64,000 nt of DNA. Origin: Tubiluchus corallicola. Taxonomy: Eukaryota; Animalia; Priapulida. The number at the start of each line of letters is the position of its first letter. The first letter of the stretch is position 1. The position numbers and the translations under genes were made by a program. Location of the stretch: positions 1 to 64,000 of the forward strand of contig JAQGDQ010000272.1 of assembly GCA_030141605.1 (NCBI GenBank), written 5' to 3'. This document shows positions 1-12,547 of this stretch, one piece after another. The notes under the pieces were generated by a model, which saw only the letters and a list, made by a program, of their open reading frames with translations, was not told where the DNA came from and ran no database searches.

Positions 1-3000
1 TGATATTCGTCATAAATGATAACTTGCGCTCTCTTTGCGACCCTCGTTTCGTGCAAATATGCCATAGGTTGCTGTTCAATTCCTGTGATTTTTGCAGCGG
101 ATATAACAATCTGATCAAGAGGACAGCGATCTTCTTGCGTGATATCGCCATAACGAACAATGAGGGTTGTTAACTCTCATTTACTGCCCGATGAAAATTC
201 TCTATCGCAACAGTTAAATGTTAATTGTTAAATGATTTAAGCTGTCTTAAAAAGCATAGACGCTGGTGGGCTTTCTTTTTTTACACCTTCCAGTTTAATG
301 ATATAACGCTTGGCTTGGATCAGTAAGAACCGTGATAGTGTTAAATTACGTGCTACATTTTAAAAGTTTTAAATGTTTTATAAAGTGGAAAAATAAATTA
401 AGAATAGCCGCGCTACATCCTTCATCCTTGGCAATGTTACAACTTTTATGGTCTAAACGTATAGAAGATTTAATTTTTATAGTTAAAAAGTGTATTTGAC
501 AGAGATTTTTTTATTCGCACAGGAAGCACATGAGCGATGATACCTCATGAAACTTCGGAGGAAAGCACAACAGCATTTTTAGAGAAAGTAGGTGACTTCG
601 CCGGGTTGAAAAAAAATCGTCGATATAAATTTTCAATATAGTTTTGAAAAAAAAAGCTGAATTTAAATTCTGTTTTGTAGTTTAGATATTTGACTAAGAG
701 AAAGTTACTTTATAATCTGGCATAAATTCATCACCAAGTGGAGTATATATTGTGTAGATTGTTACCACCGTGTCTGAGTGTATCTATGTAAGTCTATCAT
801 TAGTATTGTGTCACGCTTGCCTATATATCTGTGATGTTTGAGTATTAATCAGAATCGATTGTTTTTCGCGAGCTATTAGTGTCATGTGCTTGTTTATTTT
901 ATAATGCTTATTTCAAATAAACTATTGAGCTTGGCGGCAGTTATTGCTATGACAATCTGAGACTAAACCTAATAGTTTATAAACCTTGCTTGCCAAACAG
1001 TGTAATCCGATTATAGTAATTGATAGTAATGATAGCTGAAGTAGCTAAAATTGTCAATTTTTTTGGTTTTGTTTAATTATGTAGCTTCAAAAATTCCCCT
1101 GCTGACTAGGCAAACTTGAACTATTTGCGCAATTGCTTTTAATGACGTGTTCAACGTTTTGGTATAATGTCGCTTTCTATGCTATGCTTAATAAAATATT
1201 TTGTTGACAAACGTAATTGAGTCATGGTAATGATTTGGTGAGGCCAAATACCAGATACTGTCAGAAGTGGACAGAACTGCATCATGTTCCAAGTGTTGCA
1301 TTTGTTCTCTGTCATTTGTCCTAGAAAGCAATGTTTTTTCCTGTTCTTGGCAAAAGAATATGAGCCAATATGACAACTAACTACGACAAATTTAAACCGC
1401 GCAGAGACCTAAACGATATATTTTTGTAGAATCCGTGATCTGTCTTACACACATTATTATTCCATGGAAAAATCATCCCTAAACCATATGATTCCAAGAT
1501 TCTCATCCTTTTTTAAACGTGACTTGTCTATCTAGGCCAGTGGTTTGTTATTGTAAGCCCTAACATGCTTTCTAAGACGGAGAGCTGTAAAATAATGAGT
1601 CTTTTATACTGCGGTGTAGTGAGCAGGTTAGTGTTTTACTGACAAGAATTTATTCTTTATAAATGTCATGGTGATCTTGCAGAAAAGCAAGCGCCCCGTA
1701 AATGCCCCTATCGGGTAAACGCACGGAATTACAAGCACACGTTTAGTAGCTTAACGTCAGTCAATCTCAATCAGGCATTTTGTATTGAGAACAGCATGCA
1801 ATTGTATTAAGTTGAGTAAGAAATAGAACAGTAATAATGTTATAATTTCGCTAGCATTATGAGACCGTTTTCACATGTATTCTGCTGCAGTGTTTGTGGA
1901 ACGAAACAAATTCTGTGATTTTACGAGTGACGACATCAATTATGCAGTTTATCTGGTAAACCAAAACAAGTCTTAAGTTGCTTGCGAAATATCGGCGTCA
2001 GACAAGTTACTGGTTTGATGGAGAGCTTACTTTTGTGGCTGGACGATATTGGCAACACGAGATAAAAACACGCTGCATCGAGTAGATGGCTTCTAAGTAC
2101 GCACAGAGGGCTGTAACTTGTCCGTACTGACTCGTAGTCATACAAATTAACCAAGTAGAGGTTTTCGGGGAAACAGTTTTCTGGATTTTCTGGTCTAAAA
2201 TCCTTATTTAAGAAATCTGAGGGAAAACGATAATTTTGCAAGTAGCATCTGGTATCGTTGATGGTAAGACTAAACAATATAAAAACGAGATACTACATAA
2301 ACAGTCGGCGTTTAGGAACAAGGGAGATCCTGAAAGCATCTTCCACACAAGTAGCAATAAGACGCGTAATGTAACAACTAACCCTTTGCGAGCAAAAGAG
2401 CGCAGATATAGCCCCAAATCAGACTTAACCAGAGTAACAAGCCAGAGTGACAATCTGTATGTAGTGTGAACGCATTCTAACTGGAGGCTTGTTAATTAAT
2501 TTTTTTTGACCTAGACATTATTAAATCTGGTCATGTGCAAATCCAAAAATTTGGTACTGCGCGCTAGCACTTGGTGTCTCAGAAGTTTTACAACTTTCAG
2601 TTCACAGACTTGACAATTTCAACTCTTAGAGAATAATCTCTGTCAATTATAAGCACGTAGTAATACAGAACTCAGATGTTTTACAAGTAAAGGCCATTTA
2701 ACTCAAAATCTTAGTAACTTGGACACTTAATAGCCTACGTATTTGAAAAATTCGCAACAGAACGTTTTGCTTCAATTATTTCGAAACCCAACGCACACAC
2801 TAACCGAAGATGTTTGTGTTCATTGTGCGAGACTCTTACGCCACTTTGTTGGGTAGACAAACTGTAAGAAAAGTAGCGTCGCCATCGGCACCTATAGCAA
2901 CGTCTCGGAATCCTTGAACTATAACTTGAGTAAACGCAACAATGCAGTAACAGTAAAATGAGTCTATTTCAATAAATTTCCAAAATGTTTTCCCATTGTA

Positions 3001-4210
3001 CCACGCACAGAATTAGCTTTAGTTAGGAATGTTGCAATTTACCAGTTGATTTTTGACAATTTTTAATGCACTTTTTTTCAAGTCATTACTAACAGTAATT
3101 TTACAGTAATTATAAATAATTAAGCAATCTGCAGTCATGTATCACAAAAATAATCTACAAGATAAAAGTTATTTACAAAAGCTGAGCATGAAATAACACA
3201 TATCTACTATAGTATAAGTAAATATAAATAGTAATAATAACAGTCAAAACTAGATTATTAACAATATGACATATTAAGGTAGAGTTTTCAATATATTTAT
3301 ACTTAAATTTTGAATTATAAAATTGCTAATAAATTATTATAGATAAAACAATAAAAGTAATTTAAAACAGACGGTCTTTGGAGAAAATTATGCATTTCAG
3401 AGTTTCTTTATAGTCATTGGGATGCGGATACAACCGCGCCTAGAAGACAGGGTTTTGATAATTTGCAGCTCAAAGTTATTTTATATTATTTTATTACTGA
3501 AGAATAAGTAATGCAATCTTGTTTTACAAAAAATATAATTGCTGGTTTTTTTCTTCCATTCAGAAGTTCTTGTTTGGTATATATGTAGTAATAATTTAGT
3601 CATCCAGTCATAAATTAAACACAATGCACTCTTATCTTCGTCGAAAAGGTTGTGTAGGCACTTTGGAAATCTTCCATACTTCATAAATGAACCTAAATAT
3701 GTTATGTAAAGTTAAAATTTATAACTGATAACTTAATAAATATAAGAACACTGTTGTTAAGAACTTATTCGTCGTAAAAATACGTGTTGGGAGAATAACC
3801 TAATGTCTATCGTGCTTTAATTAAGTCTAAGTTTAGCAGTTTTAGTAAAACACGTTTTAGTAATTTGACACGAAAAGCACATTTATATGAAGCCTAACGA
3901 TCACTTCTGCCAGAATGGACTAATGATTATTATGATTATTTAACAGACATCAGTAAAGAAAAGCTTTGCTAAATCACAAGAATTCGAGTATCCACGAAAA
4001 CATTCCATATCTCTCAACAGATGGCGTTTGTGGCATTGCTGCAGTAAGGATTTTCGAGCCGCTCGCTCAGTGCAAAGACAGTGTATTAACTAATATCACA
4101 AGAATCAAGATAAAACGTTAAGTAAAACTTAAAAGTTTCTTAAGCAGGTAACTTCAAATGTTCCACACAGCAAGTACTTCCGTAAATCATTGACAAAGAC
4201 GTCAGTTAAT

Positions 4211-5616
4211 TTACGTATCATCAGCTCTTGAATCTACATTACTGTGAGTGGACAAAGCGTCAACATCCAGTGTTGACTTTTCAAGTCTTGTTATTCGTTG
4301 CTTTAGCCGTTGTTGCGTGTTGGTGTATTCCGCCAGCAATCTTGCGAAGCGAGTCTGTAAATTATCTAGGTTTTGCTCCAGGCGTTCCACTTTATTTTGC
4401 GTATCTTCTTTTTTCTTTTCAGCTAACTTTTCCGCCTCCTCGTCAATTAGCCCATCTTTCATCAAAATCTGACGTCCTCGTTCAAACAAGACTTTTTTAG
4501 CCTCGGGATATTCCGAAAGGGCGTCCCATAAGTCGTCTTTATACAAGCAGAAGAGATCGGAATAGCCAACACTCCGGACGTTTGCAGTACGCCGATTTCC
4601 TGTTTTATTTCCGGCAATGTTTAGAATACTGACTTCTCCGAACACACTACCCGAGCTGAGGGTAACGAACACGGTATGCCCATCATCACCTACCACACTC
4701 AACTTACCTCGTTTCACTATATACATCTCTTTGCCAATATCACCTTTTCTGCAGATATAGTCACCAGGACTAAACACTTGCAGTCTTAACTTTAGCACAA
4801 GTTCCACAAGGAGCCCGGGTTCGCAATCCTGAAAGATGCTAACACGTTTCAGTGTGTCCAAATGTACGTGTATTGCTATTTCAGCCTTGAGCTTATCTGG
4901 CAGCGTTGATAAGATGCTCTCCTCGTCCAATGACTGCTTATTTGTCCACAAGTAATCAAACCACTTGATGACCCGTCGTTCGAGTTCTTTACTTACTTTG
5001 CGAAATTCCATGTACTGCTTAATGGCATCCATTTTGTTTTGAAATTCTGTTCTGGCCGCATTCATGTTGGTGATCATGCTACCGACATTACCAACGATTG
5101 TGGCGAAAATAAGCACGCCGATTAAAAAATCGATAACGTGGAACAAGTATTCCACGTCTTTCACTGGGGCCGGCGTTTCTCCAATTGTGGTCAAGGTTAG
5201 GGTAGACCAGTAAAAACTGTAGATGTACTTTCGGGATAGAGTATCGATGTCGGATGAGTTTAGGGCTTGTTCGCCTGGGTACACCCAAGTATCACTGGCC
5301 AATCCAATGGCATCACTTATAGCGAAATAAATACATGCGTTCCAATGAATGATGACCAAGATATACAAGACAAGGTTTAGGATACGTATAAAGTTTGGGT
5401 AGTTAGTGCGTGCTTCTGTGCGTTCAAAGAATTCCAGCAAGCGTCCATATCTCAACAGTCGATTGATGCGAACCACTGGGTAATGTGGTCCAGTGGCCAA
5501 GTATATAATGTCCGTAGGTAATATAGAAAGCACGTCCAACTTGAATGATGTTGTGGCGACGTAGTTTAGAGCTAGCTTTCGCAAATCTCTGACCAGCAAC
5601 CCTTGTTCCAGGAAAC
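4211..5616 (-). CDS. CNGA: CNG channel alpha subunit, final (large) coding exon: S3-S6, pore, C-linker, CNBD, C-terminal leucine zipper
   Basis: Starts GFLEQG after acceptor ttttatag (AG 5618-5617). Contains pore [41 protein letters not shown] and [22 protein letters not shown], and coiled coil [23 protein letters not shown]. Stop ends at 4211. Confidence 0.97.
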
Positions 5617-5983
5617 CTATAAAACAGAAAGCAAAATTGAATTTATGCAAGCAGCCGGATTAATGGAGTCTAACACTGTTACTATTTGAAAAAAATTAAT
5701 CACAAGTAATTTTTACAATTAACTAATCGTATTAACAAATTAATTATTATCATGAAAACGTAATTATAATCCTGTAACATAATCTTGTGCTTGTGTGTAT
5801 GTGTGTAGTTAATTTAATCTTTATTTTTAGCAACAAATTTTAGTTTTTTAGGCTATTTGCATTTCTCCGATTTTATGTACCATTGTATTTTATGTGGACT
5901 TTTTTGTCTGTAATAAAATTATAATCAACCAATCAATTAGAAAACCTCGTAGTCAACGCTTACACAGTTGCAAAATATCATAG

Positions 5984-6078
5984 GCCAGATTTGAACCCAA
6001 TGATTCTGTCACTTTTTTGCAAACGGCAAGTCAGAATTTGGCGTTCGAAATGCAGTGCCTACGCAACAAGGCTCGCCA
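5984..6078 (-). mobile_element. Degenerate tRNA-derived (SINE-head-like) sequence in a CNGA intron
   Basis: Minus strand has a B-box-like GGGTTCAAATC with a tRNA-like upstream arm; not a foldable intact tRNA. Confidence 0.35.
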
Positions 6079-6461
6079 TCCTCTAACGTGAGCCACTAAA
6101 CCAGTGGATGTGTCTCAGCCACGTTTGGCTGTCTGCCATTACGAGGTAACAAAAGAATCAACGTTTGCGAAATGGCCAAGATCCCTCATGCCCAATGTTT
6201 CAGGGTAAAATGGGCTAATGAACGTACAGTGGACATTAGCCATTGAGCATGACTAATGTCAAACAATGGAGCTTCAGTCTGCTAAAAATAAAAAAGTAAT
6301 ATACACACAATATTTCTCTCTTTTAATAGCAAAAGAAAGGAAACACAGTCTTCGCTTATGTAATAGGCCAAGAGGGACAATTTATTGCAATAGGTTGATG
6401 ACATCTAATCATGTTTAATTTAACATAATAAACTGGTTTTAAATATTTTGGATGTTAATAC

Positions 6462-6676
6462 CTTTCCTCGCATGGACAATCATGTCAATGATGTAAATCA
6501 TATCACACGAATAGTCTAGGATTAGCCACAAAGCCAGGTAATCTTGCTGCAAGTCTACAAATACAGATCTGGCAATGATGAGCATGATGTTGTAGGCTAC
6601 AGCGAGAGTCATTACAAATAACCACCGATAGTAGAAGGATTCGGCCGGATCACACACCCATTTCCTTCCGATGTAC
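6462..6676 (-). CDS. CNGA: CNG channel alpha subunit, coding exon 3 (S1-S2)
   Basis: ttttag|G TAC ATC...YIGRKWVCDPAESFYYRWLF...WLILDYSCDMIYIIDMIVHARK G|gtatt. Phases (2 in, 1 out) match both neighbouring exons. Confidence 0.95.
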
Positions 6677-8287
6677 CTAAAAAATCGTTGTTAAAAGCTT
6701 AAATAAATTAGCAAGTAACGTCGTATAATGTGCATAATAGACAAGAAAACGTTGAAAAACTGCTACAACAAAATATAAAAAATTTCTTTATTGTGGCAAT
6801 TTTGTGCCAACTGATGTTTTCCTTGCCCACTAAGAAAATTTATAGACTATTTCCATAATTAATGTAGTAGACCTAAGTGTAAAACAAAAACTGTAGGATC
6901 AGAGAAGCCGACAAACGACACTACTGCGTGCGTGAATTATTTTTTTAAAACTGGTCTCACCTCTACAAGTTCGTCAGTCCAAATAACTTATTAATCAAAA
7001 CTTTATTATTTATTATTTACACATTTGTTTTTTTATAATTTTTTTGTTATTAATCTTGCCACATTAATGTATTATTATTGGTATGAAAATTTAAATAAAC
7101 TATGAGATAACTAAACCAACTTTTGCCCTTATAGTAAAATTAAAAAAATTTTGCAAGTATAGTACGATCAAAAAGTTAACAATTAAAATTGCGCCTCGGC
7201 TCTTATTTATTACATTCGAAGTTCATTAGGACTAAGAATTTGTTTTTATGACATGTTGCAACGAAAGAAACGTCTACAGTCATCAAGGTCGGAATAATGT
7301 TGTTTACCGCGAAGCCTACAGTTATTGGTTGTGACAAATCCTATTTTGTCAAAGCTTCTCTTTAGCTAAGTTACGTGTCTGTCAGCATAAGAACATTATT
7401 AATCTTCTTTTGGTTCTATCTATAGAACTAAAAGCGAAGAAAGTCAAGTTGAAAGATTAAACAAGACCAATTGATCCACGTAATGAAAATTATAAGCCCA
7501 CGGTAAAGAAAAGATGGAGAACACGTATGTTCATAAATTGTTTTGCAAATGTTATTTGGTTTAATTATATATGTATACACGTTACATTGGCACCTGGAAT
7601 CTGTTACTTTTAGCAATTTGTAGTGTTATTGTTGTTGTTGTACAAATTGTATGTAATAAGCGCTTGTGAATTATTTCACATTCAGTTTCCGCCGGAGAAG
7701 AAACCATGAATTCGTTTAGATCATGTAGCTACGCATGTAGAAAGTACTGCATGCTTGTTTGGAAACTAAAACGAGGTTTTGTCAGATTTTTATTGTGTAC
7801 TAGTTCAAAAATTCTTATACATTAAATCAATGTTAGTGTTTTAGCATGTGGAACTGTTGTCGAATTTGACACTTTGTCAACTATTGTTGAACCACAGTAA
7901 TCGAGTACAATGATTTAACTTTTATATTTTAATTTTTGTCATCGGCAAAAGAATCGAATGTATGTCAGTGTCATCCTACTTTTCATGACGAATTTTTAGG
8001 AATGTTGACAATATCATCCGAATCTAAGTTGAGGACTTTTAATAATTGCTGCCCATCGTTCGATAGAAATCACTATGAAAATTTAAAGTCAATGAGATTT
8101 TGAATTCAGAAAATTTGTATCATTTTGTGATCGGTTTTGATTTGGAAGCTGGTCGACCTTAGACGCAAGTGTGTCAGTGCTGAATGAGAAAAGTTAGTGA
8201 AGTGAACACAGTACTTTGTAAAGATCGAGTAATTTTGTGAAAATTTATTTTGATACTGTCATCATGTTTCTAAAAATCATTACTTAC

Positions 8288-8469
8288 CGTCTTGGACGTG
8301 AGTCATGTTGGTGTCCTGCCCCAGGTGCACGGGAGCCAGTTTTGGTACTGCTACCAGCATCCTCATCATCACCCATATTTGGCCCTGTCATTGCAAATTT
8401 CTCCAAGAATGAATCTGGACGTTCAGGTGACGCACGTGGCTTCTTACCACCCGCCCACGCGCGAATTAA
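8288..8469 (-). CDS. CNGA: CNG channel alpha subunit, coding exon 2 (N-terminal, RPDSFLEKF motif)
   Basis: tttcag|LIRAWAGGKKPRASPERPDSFLEKFAMTGP...RPR CG|gtaagt. Resembles the vertebrate CNGA N-terminal W-A...RPDSFLERF motif; phases are consistent. Confidence 0.9.
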
Positions 8470-8547
8470 CTGAAACACAAAAGGTGGCGATTTTACATTT
8501 AATTGATCACATCTCTGTTGGTTTGTTCAATTGTTCATTCACATATT

Positions 8548-8600
8548 CATTCGTTCGTTCGTTCGTTCGTTCGTTCGTTCGTTCATTCATTCGTTCGTTC
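8548..8600. repeat. (TTCG/TTCA)n tetranucleotide microsatellite
   Basis: Direct reading. Confidence 0.9.
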
Positions 8601-9841
8601 GGTCGCTCGTTATGTACTGACTTATTTATGTAACTGATGGCGTAAATTGCTCAATCTCCCACTGCACAGGTTTAGAAAAAACATTTTGGGCTCATAAAAA
8701 ATGATGAAATATTTGCAAAACGGTCTGGTTCTATGCAAATCTTATGCCAAGGTTAAACCTAAATCGATATCAGCTCGATCAATTCATAGCTATTTTTGTG
8801 TAATATCTGTTTTTCTCTTTTCGGATCAATTTGATTGCTCATTGTACATTTGGCCAAAATATTTATTTGATATATTTTTTCAAAAACTTGTTATTTCAAC
8901 CTTCAAAGCTTTCGCCAGATTTCGCTTTTACAGAAAGGCTTTTGCGTTTCTGCAAAAGGCGTAAAATATTTAGTCCAGAAAATCCAATTTTTCTTACATT
9001 TCCTAATTTTCTATTCGCAGCTGTGAGCAAATTTCAGCCTGGCATGATGTGTATTGGGACGTGGTTAAACACTGAATTGTAAGTATTAGAATATGTCCTA
9101 CTTCTTTTCGTTCCAATACATCATTTATTAGCAATTCCACATCTTCTATGATAAATAACAATAGCGAAGTGCAGCAATTAAAAACGTTTTGAGAAGAAAG
9201 TTGCTATTTAAATTTAGTGTAATAACAAGTTTTTGTCTATTGCACGTTAGGGTGGATATAAATGGTTTACAAGCATTGTCATTCCCTGGGTGTAGAAGAC
9301 AAGGGTCATGTTAATAATATTGCAATAAATATACAACTAATAGACCAATATTTTTCAATAACATTTCTAAAGTTTGTCTGATTTTCATTAAGTTATTTAG
9401 TCGTGAAAAACATAGGTTTTAAATAGAAAGCAATGACAGCGAATTACTCCTCGGTACGCTTATGATATTAAATTGTTTCAAAAACAGAACTACAAAATCT
9501 CTATACTACACTTTTATATGCCCAGTAATTATACCTAACACAAGTTAATTATATCTGATTATATGGCTATGAGTTTATCTATGAGTGTTATTTACTTAAG
9601 GAATCATGCATGGGTCATGCACACCACATTTGATATTGCTATAATGAGTAAAATTGAATATTTACTATGTGATTGTTTATTTATTTGTATTGTAAGTTTC
9701 TTGATTCTCTGTATTTACTAATTTGTTACTCCGTATGTTGTGTATTGAGTTGCTGTATGGTCAAATTGTGTAACTCTTATACCCAAAGTAATACAAAATG
9801 TATAAATTCTGTGTAGGTAAAAAGGTAATAATGATAATTAC

Positions 9842-10114
9842 CTGAATAGTTTTCACTATTTTAATCATTGCTCCAGCATGCGCTGATTCAGCCTCCTCTT
9901 GCTTGGCTGCTTCATCTTCAATCCGCAATATTTCTGAACTGATATCGTTATCCGAGTTTTCTCCTGGGCTCAGACCGCCATTTTCTACAATTTCTTCATC
10001 TTCCGAAACTTTTCGGATGCTCATTCGGCTTATACTAGGAGCTGAGGGATGAGGACTCAAAAGTTGAGGCTGGCTGGAGTGTGGCTGAACCTCTAGTGAA
10101 TGCTGATGATCCAT
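9842..10114 (-). CDS. CNGA: CNG channel alpha subunit, first coding exon (ATG 10114; exon acceptor at 10157-10156, so exon begins 10155)
   Basis: MDHQHSLEVQP...AMIKIVKTIQ|gtaatt, phase 0 into LIRAWA. In-frame TGA TGA lies upstream of the ATG. The four exons sum to 2076 nt = 691 aa + stop. Confidence 0.85.
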
Positions 10115-10544
10115 GTTGCTAATCACGCTAACTCATCATTGAGTGAAACACATTTCTGAAAAAAAAATCCATAAAAAATTGTTAAATTTTTATAAGAGTT
10201 AATGTCGAAATGATAGACGAAATACTAGGTATATATCCAGTGGCAATCATTGGTAGTCAGATATATGGCATTCAGAACTTGAGCAAATATGATAATTTCT
10301 CACCCGTAACACCCTTCTAGTCAGATAGTAATTCAGTCATATTATAGACTAAATCAGCTTTAATTATCATTTAGTAAACGCTAATATACAAAAAGTTATA
10401 TATTATGTAATTAATATATAATATATATAACATATATATATATATAACTACACACAATTCGTTTACATTTCAGACAAATGGAAGTTGTTAATTGCAATTC
10501 AATAGCCAATCCCTTCACATTTTTTTTCGTGAAGCTTAACAATT

Positions 10545-10900
10545 CATTTTAAAATTTTATATCACTTACATGTTGTCTTATTGTGCACAGAGCTTAACAG
10601 TTACCAGTAACGCTGTAAAAAGTTGTCAATTTAAAGTTCCGCGAACCGTTAGGCGCGGCCATTTTGATGGTAAGTCGTTGGAATAAATATAGATAACATT
10701 ACCTAAAGTTTGAAAAAACAATAAAAGCTTCCGTCTTTTGGCTAGCTAAGAAATTTTTTAAATTTAAGATCAATAGCGAGTTTTTTTAGTGAGTGAATGG
10801 TGCACACTGGGATGGGGGTGCAGTGCCGTTTTACCAGGTGGCGCGAATATTTCAAATTATTCAGAATTTTCTTTTCTAATTGCATAAGTCTTTCATAAGA
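10545..10900 (+). repeat. Dispersed repeat, copy 1 (second copy at ~54480-54830)
   Basis: Shared collinear blocks: ttttatatcacttac..gtctta, ccgttagg, tagataacatt, tggtgcaca, gcagtgc.gttttac..ggtggc.cgaa.attt.aaattatt. Confidence 0.7.
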
Positions 10901-11429
10901 TAACCATAATCCAATGCTATATAAGTTTGGGAAGTTTTTTAAACATATTTTAGAACGACCTTTTCTTTCCCGTTAAGTACTTCAGTTAACAAAATTCCAT
11001 AATTTATCAAAAACGCGTCTGTTAACATTGTTGAAATCAGTCTTCTTAATTTCAAGGTACTGCAATTAAAAATATCATGAAAATCACTCTGTGTAAAACT
11101 TGAAAAAAAATTGGAAATTCAAAATATACTCAAATATATTTTAATAAATTTAGGACTTCACTAGCTGTTTGCTAGTCAACTTAGTCTTTCAGACGTGAAA
11201 ACGAATCAGCTTTAATAGTTTTTAATCTATATGCTGAATGTTAAATGAGTGTACACTGAGGATCAGTGTTCATATAGCCAGCCTTCGATTTTTCTCAAAT
11301 TTCAAATTGACACTCGCGCACAGTACGTAACCAGAACTAAAAGCAATGATGCCGCTGTGGGCCTAATTGTCAAGCTGGGGGTGTTAAGATGGGCTCGCCA
11401 ATACTTCGTCCTAAGAAACTAAATAGCTT

Positions 11430-11680
11430 TTTGTAATTTACAAATAAGTGCGTTAGTCTAGCCATTGAAACAGGAATGTATCATAATCCGTACAAGCCAT
11501 TCTTACCGACAAACGAAAGAATTTGTAAACATTGTAATGGTAATGAAGTCGACGGTGAGTTACACACGATGCTTGTCTACCATAAATGTGAACACAGTAG
11601 ACCTAATATGTTCGCACAAATTCAGATTAATTCTTTATGTCCTTTATTTTCTAGACATGTCTAATGAAGGCAAATGATTT
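11430..11680 (+). mobile_element. Non-LTR retrotransposon ORF2 C-terminal fragment (degenerate CCHC region)
   Basis: IETGMY...P..ERICKHCNGNEVDGELHTMLV resembles the IETGRY...RIC..C...VEDE.H.LL.C end of LINE ORF2. Confidence 0.6.
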
Positions 11681-12547
11681 TTAGTAGGGACCAAGGATGT
11701 AGATAGTGTGTAACTACATAAAATATTGTTTTACGAATAGATCATGAATTTAACTGTTCACGACTAAAGGGATGCTGCACCAATAAACTAAACTCTGTGT
11801 TTAAGTTATTTTTATTTGTATGGTGTTATGCATCAACATGTAATGTCGTCCTATATCAACTATTTTGGCATTCAGTGTATTTGCTTGTTTGATTGCTAGT
11901 CTAAAAATTGATTTTAAACAGAAGTCAAAACCAAGTTTTATGTTTTTGACGAGAGAAACACGAGGTGTGCCTCTAATTTATTTCTGTTCTGCTTAACCAA
12001 AATCGATCAAGGTTTATTCAAAGTCACATTGAAGACTCGACAAGTAGCGTCCTGAACTATTTTTAGGTATAGAAAAAACAAAAGAAAAGAGAGAGAGAGA
12101 GAGAGATGCGAGGAACGTTTCTACTAATAGTAAATATAATGAATGAGTTGCAAAATCGGCCATATCTCTTAGAATGTTCATTTATACGGTAACCAAGGGA
12201 AGTTTTCTTTATCAACTTCCAAAAAAATCTAACTAGATTAATAGTTAATTATGCCTCATACCCCATTCGAAGCACAAGCGCAATATTTCCTAGGATACTA
12301 TACGCACTTTTGTAACACACCCCTTTAAATTTGCTTTATAGATGGGAGCAAGGTATAGCTATATAGCTAAGCTGTCACTCTGTGTGCTTAGCGACACCAG
12401 TTAGGCAACACCCATGTTGGTTACTGAGCAGATAAGTGACCATTTATTCAGCACTACGTGATGTTTCGTTCGCTGTTCTGATTCCAGCCGTTTACTTCGT
12501 CGAGGAAGCTTGTACAATTGTATACTACGATTGTATGCCATTTCACC

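Noticed and set aside
1188-2469. Short ORFs on both strands downstream of CNGA and an exon-like piece at 522-587
   Set aside because: No recognisable motifs; the exon-like piece has stops in all three frames.
3481-3684. ORF with faint LINE-like RFPKC..W motif
   Set aside because: Too weak to call.
4228-5288. Alternative-frame and antisense ORFs inside the CNGA exon
   Set aside because: Shadows of the real coding frame.
5617-5650. ORF-track start [11 protein letters not shown] of the 479-aa ORF
   Set aside because: Intronic polypyrimidine tract; the exon starts at 5616.
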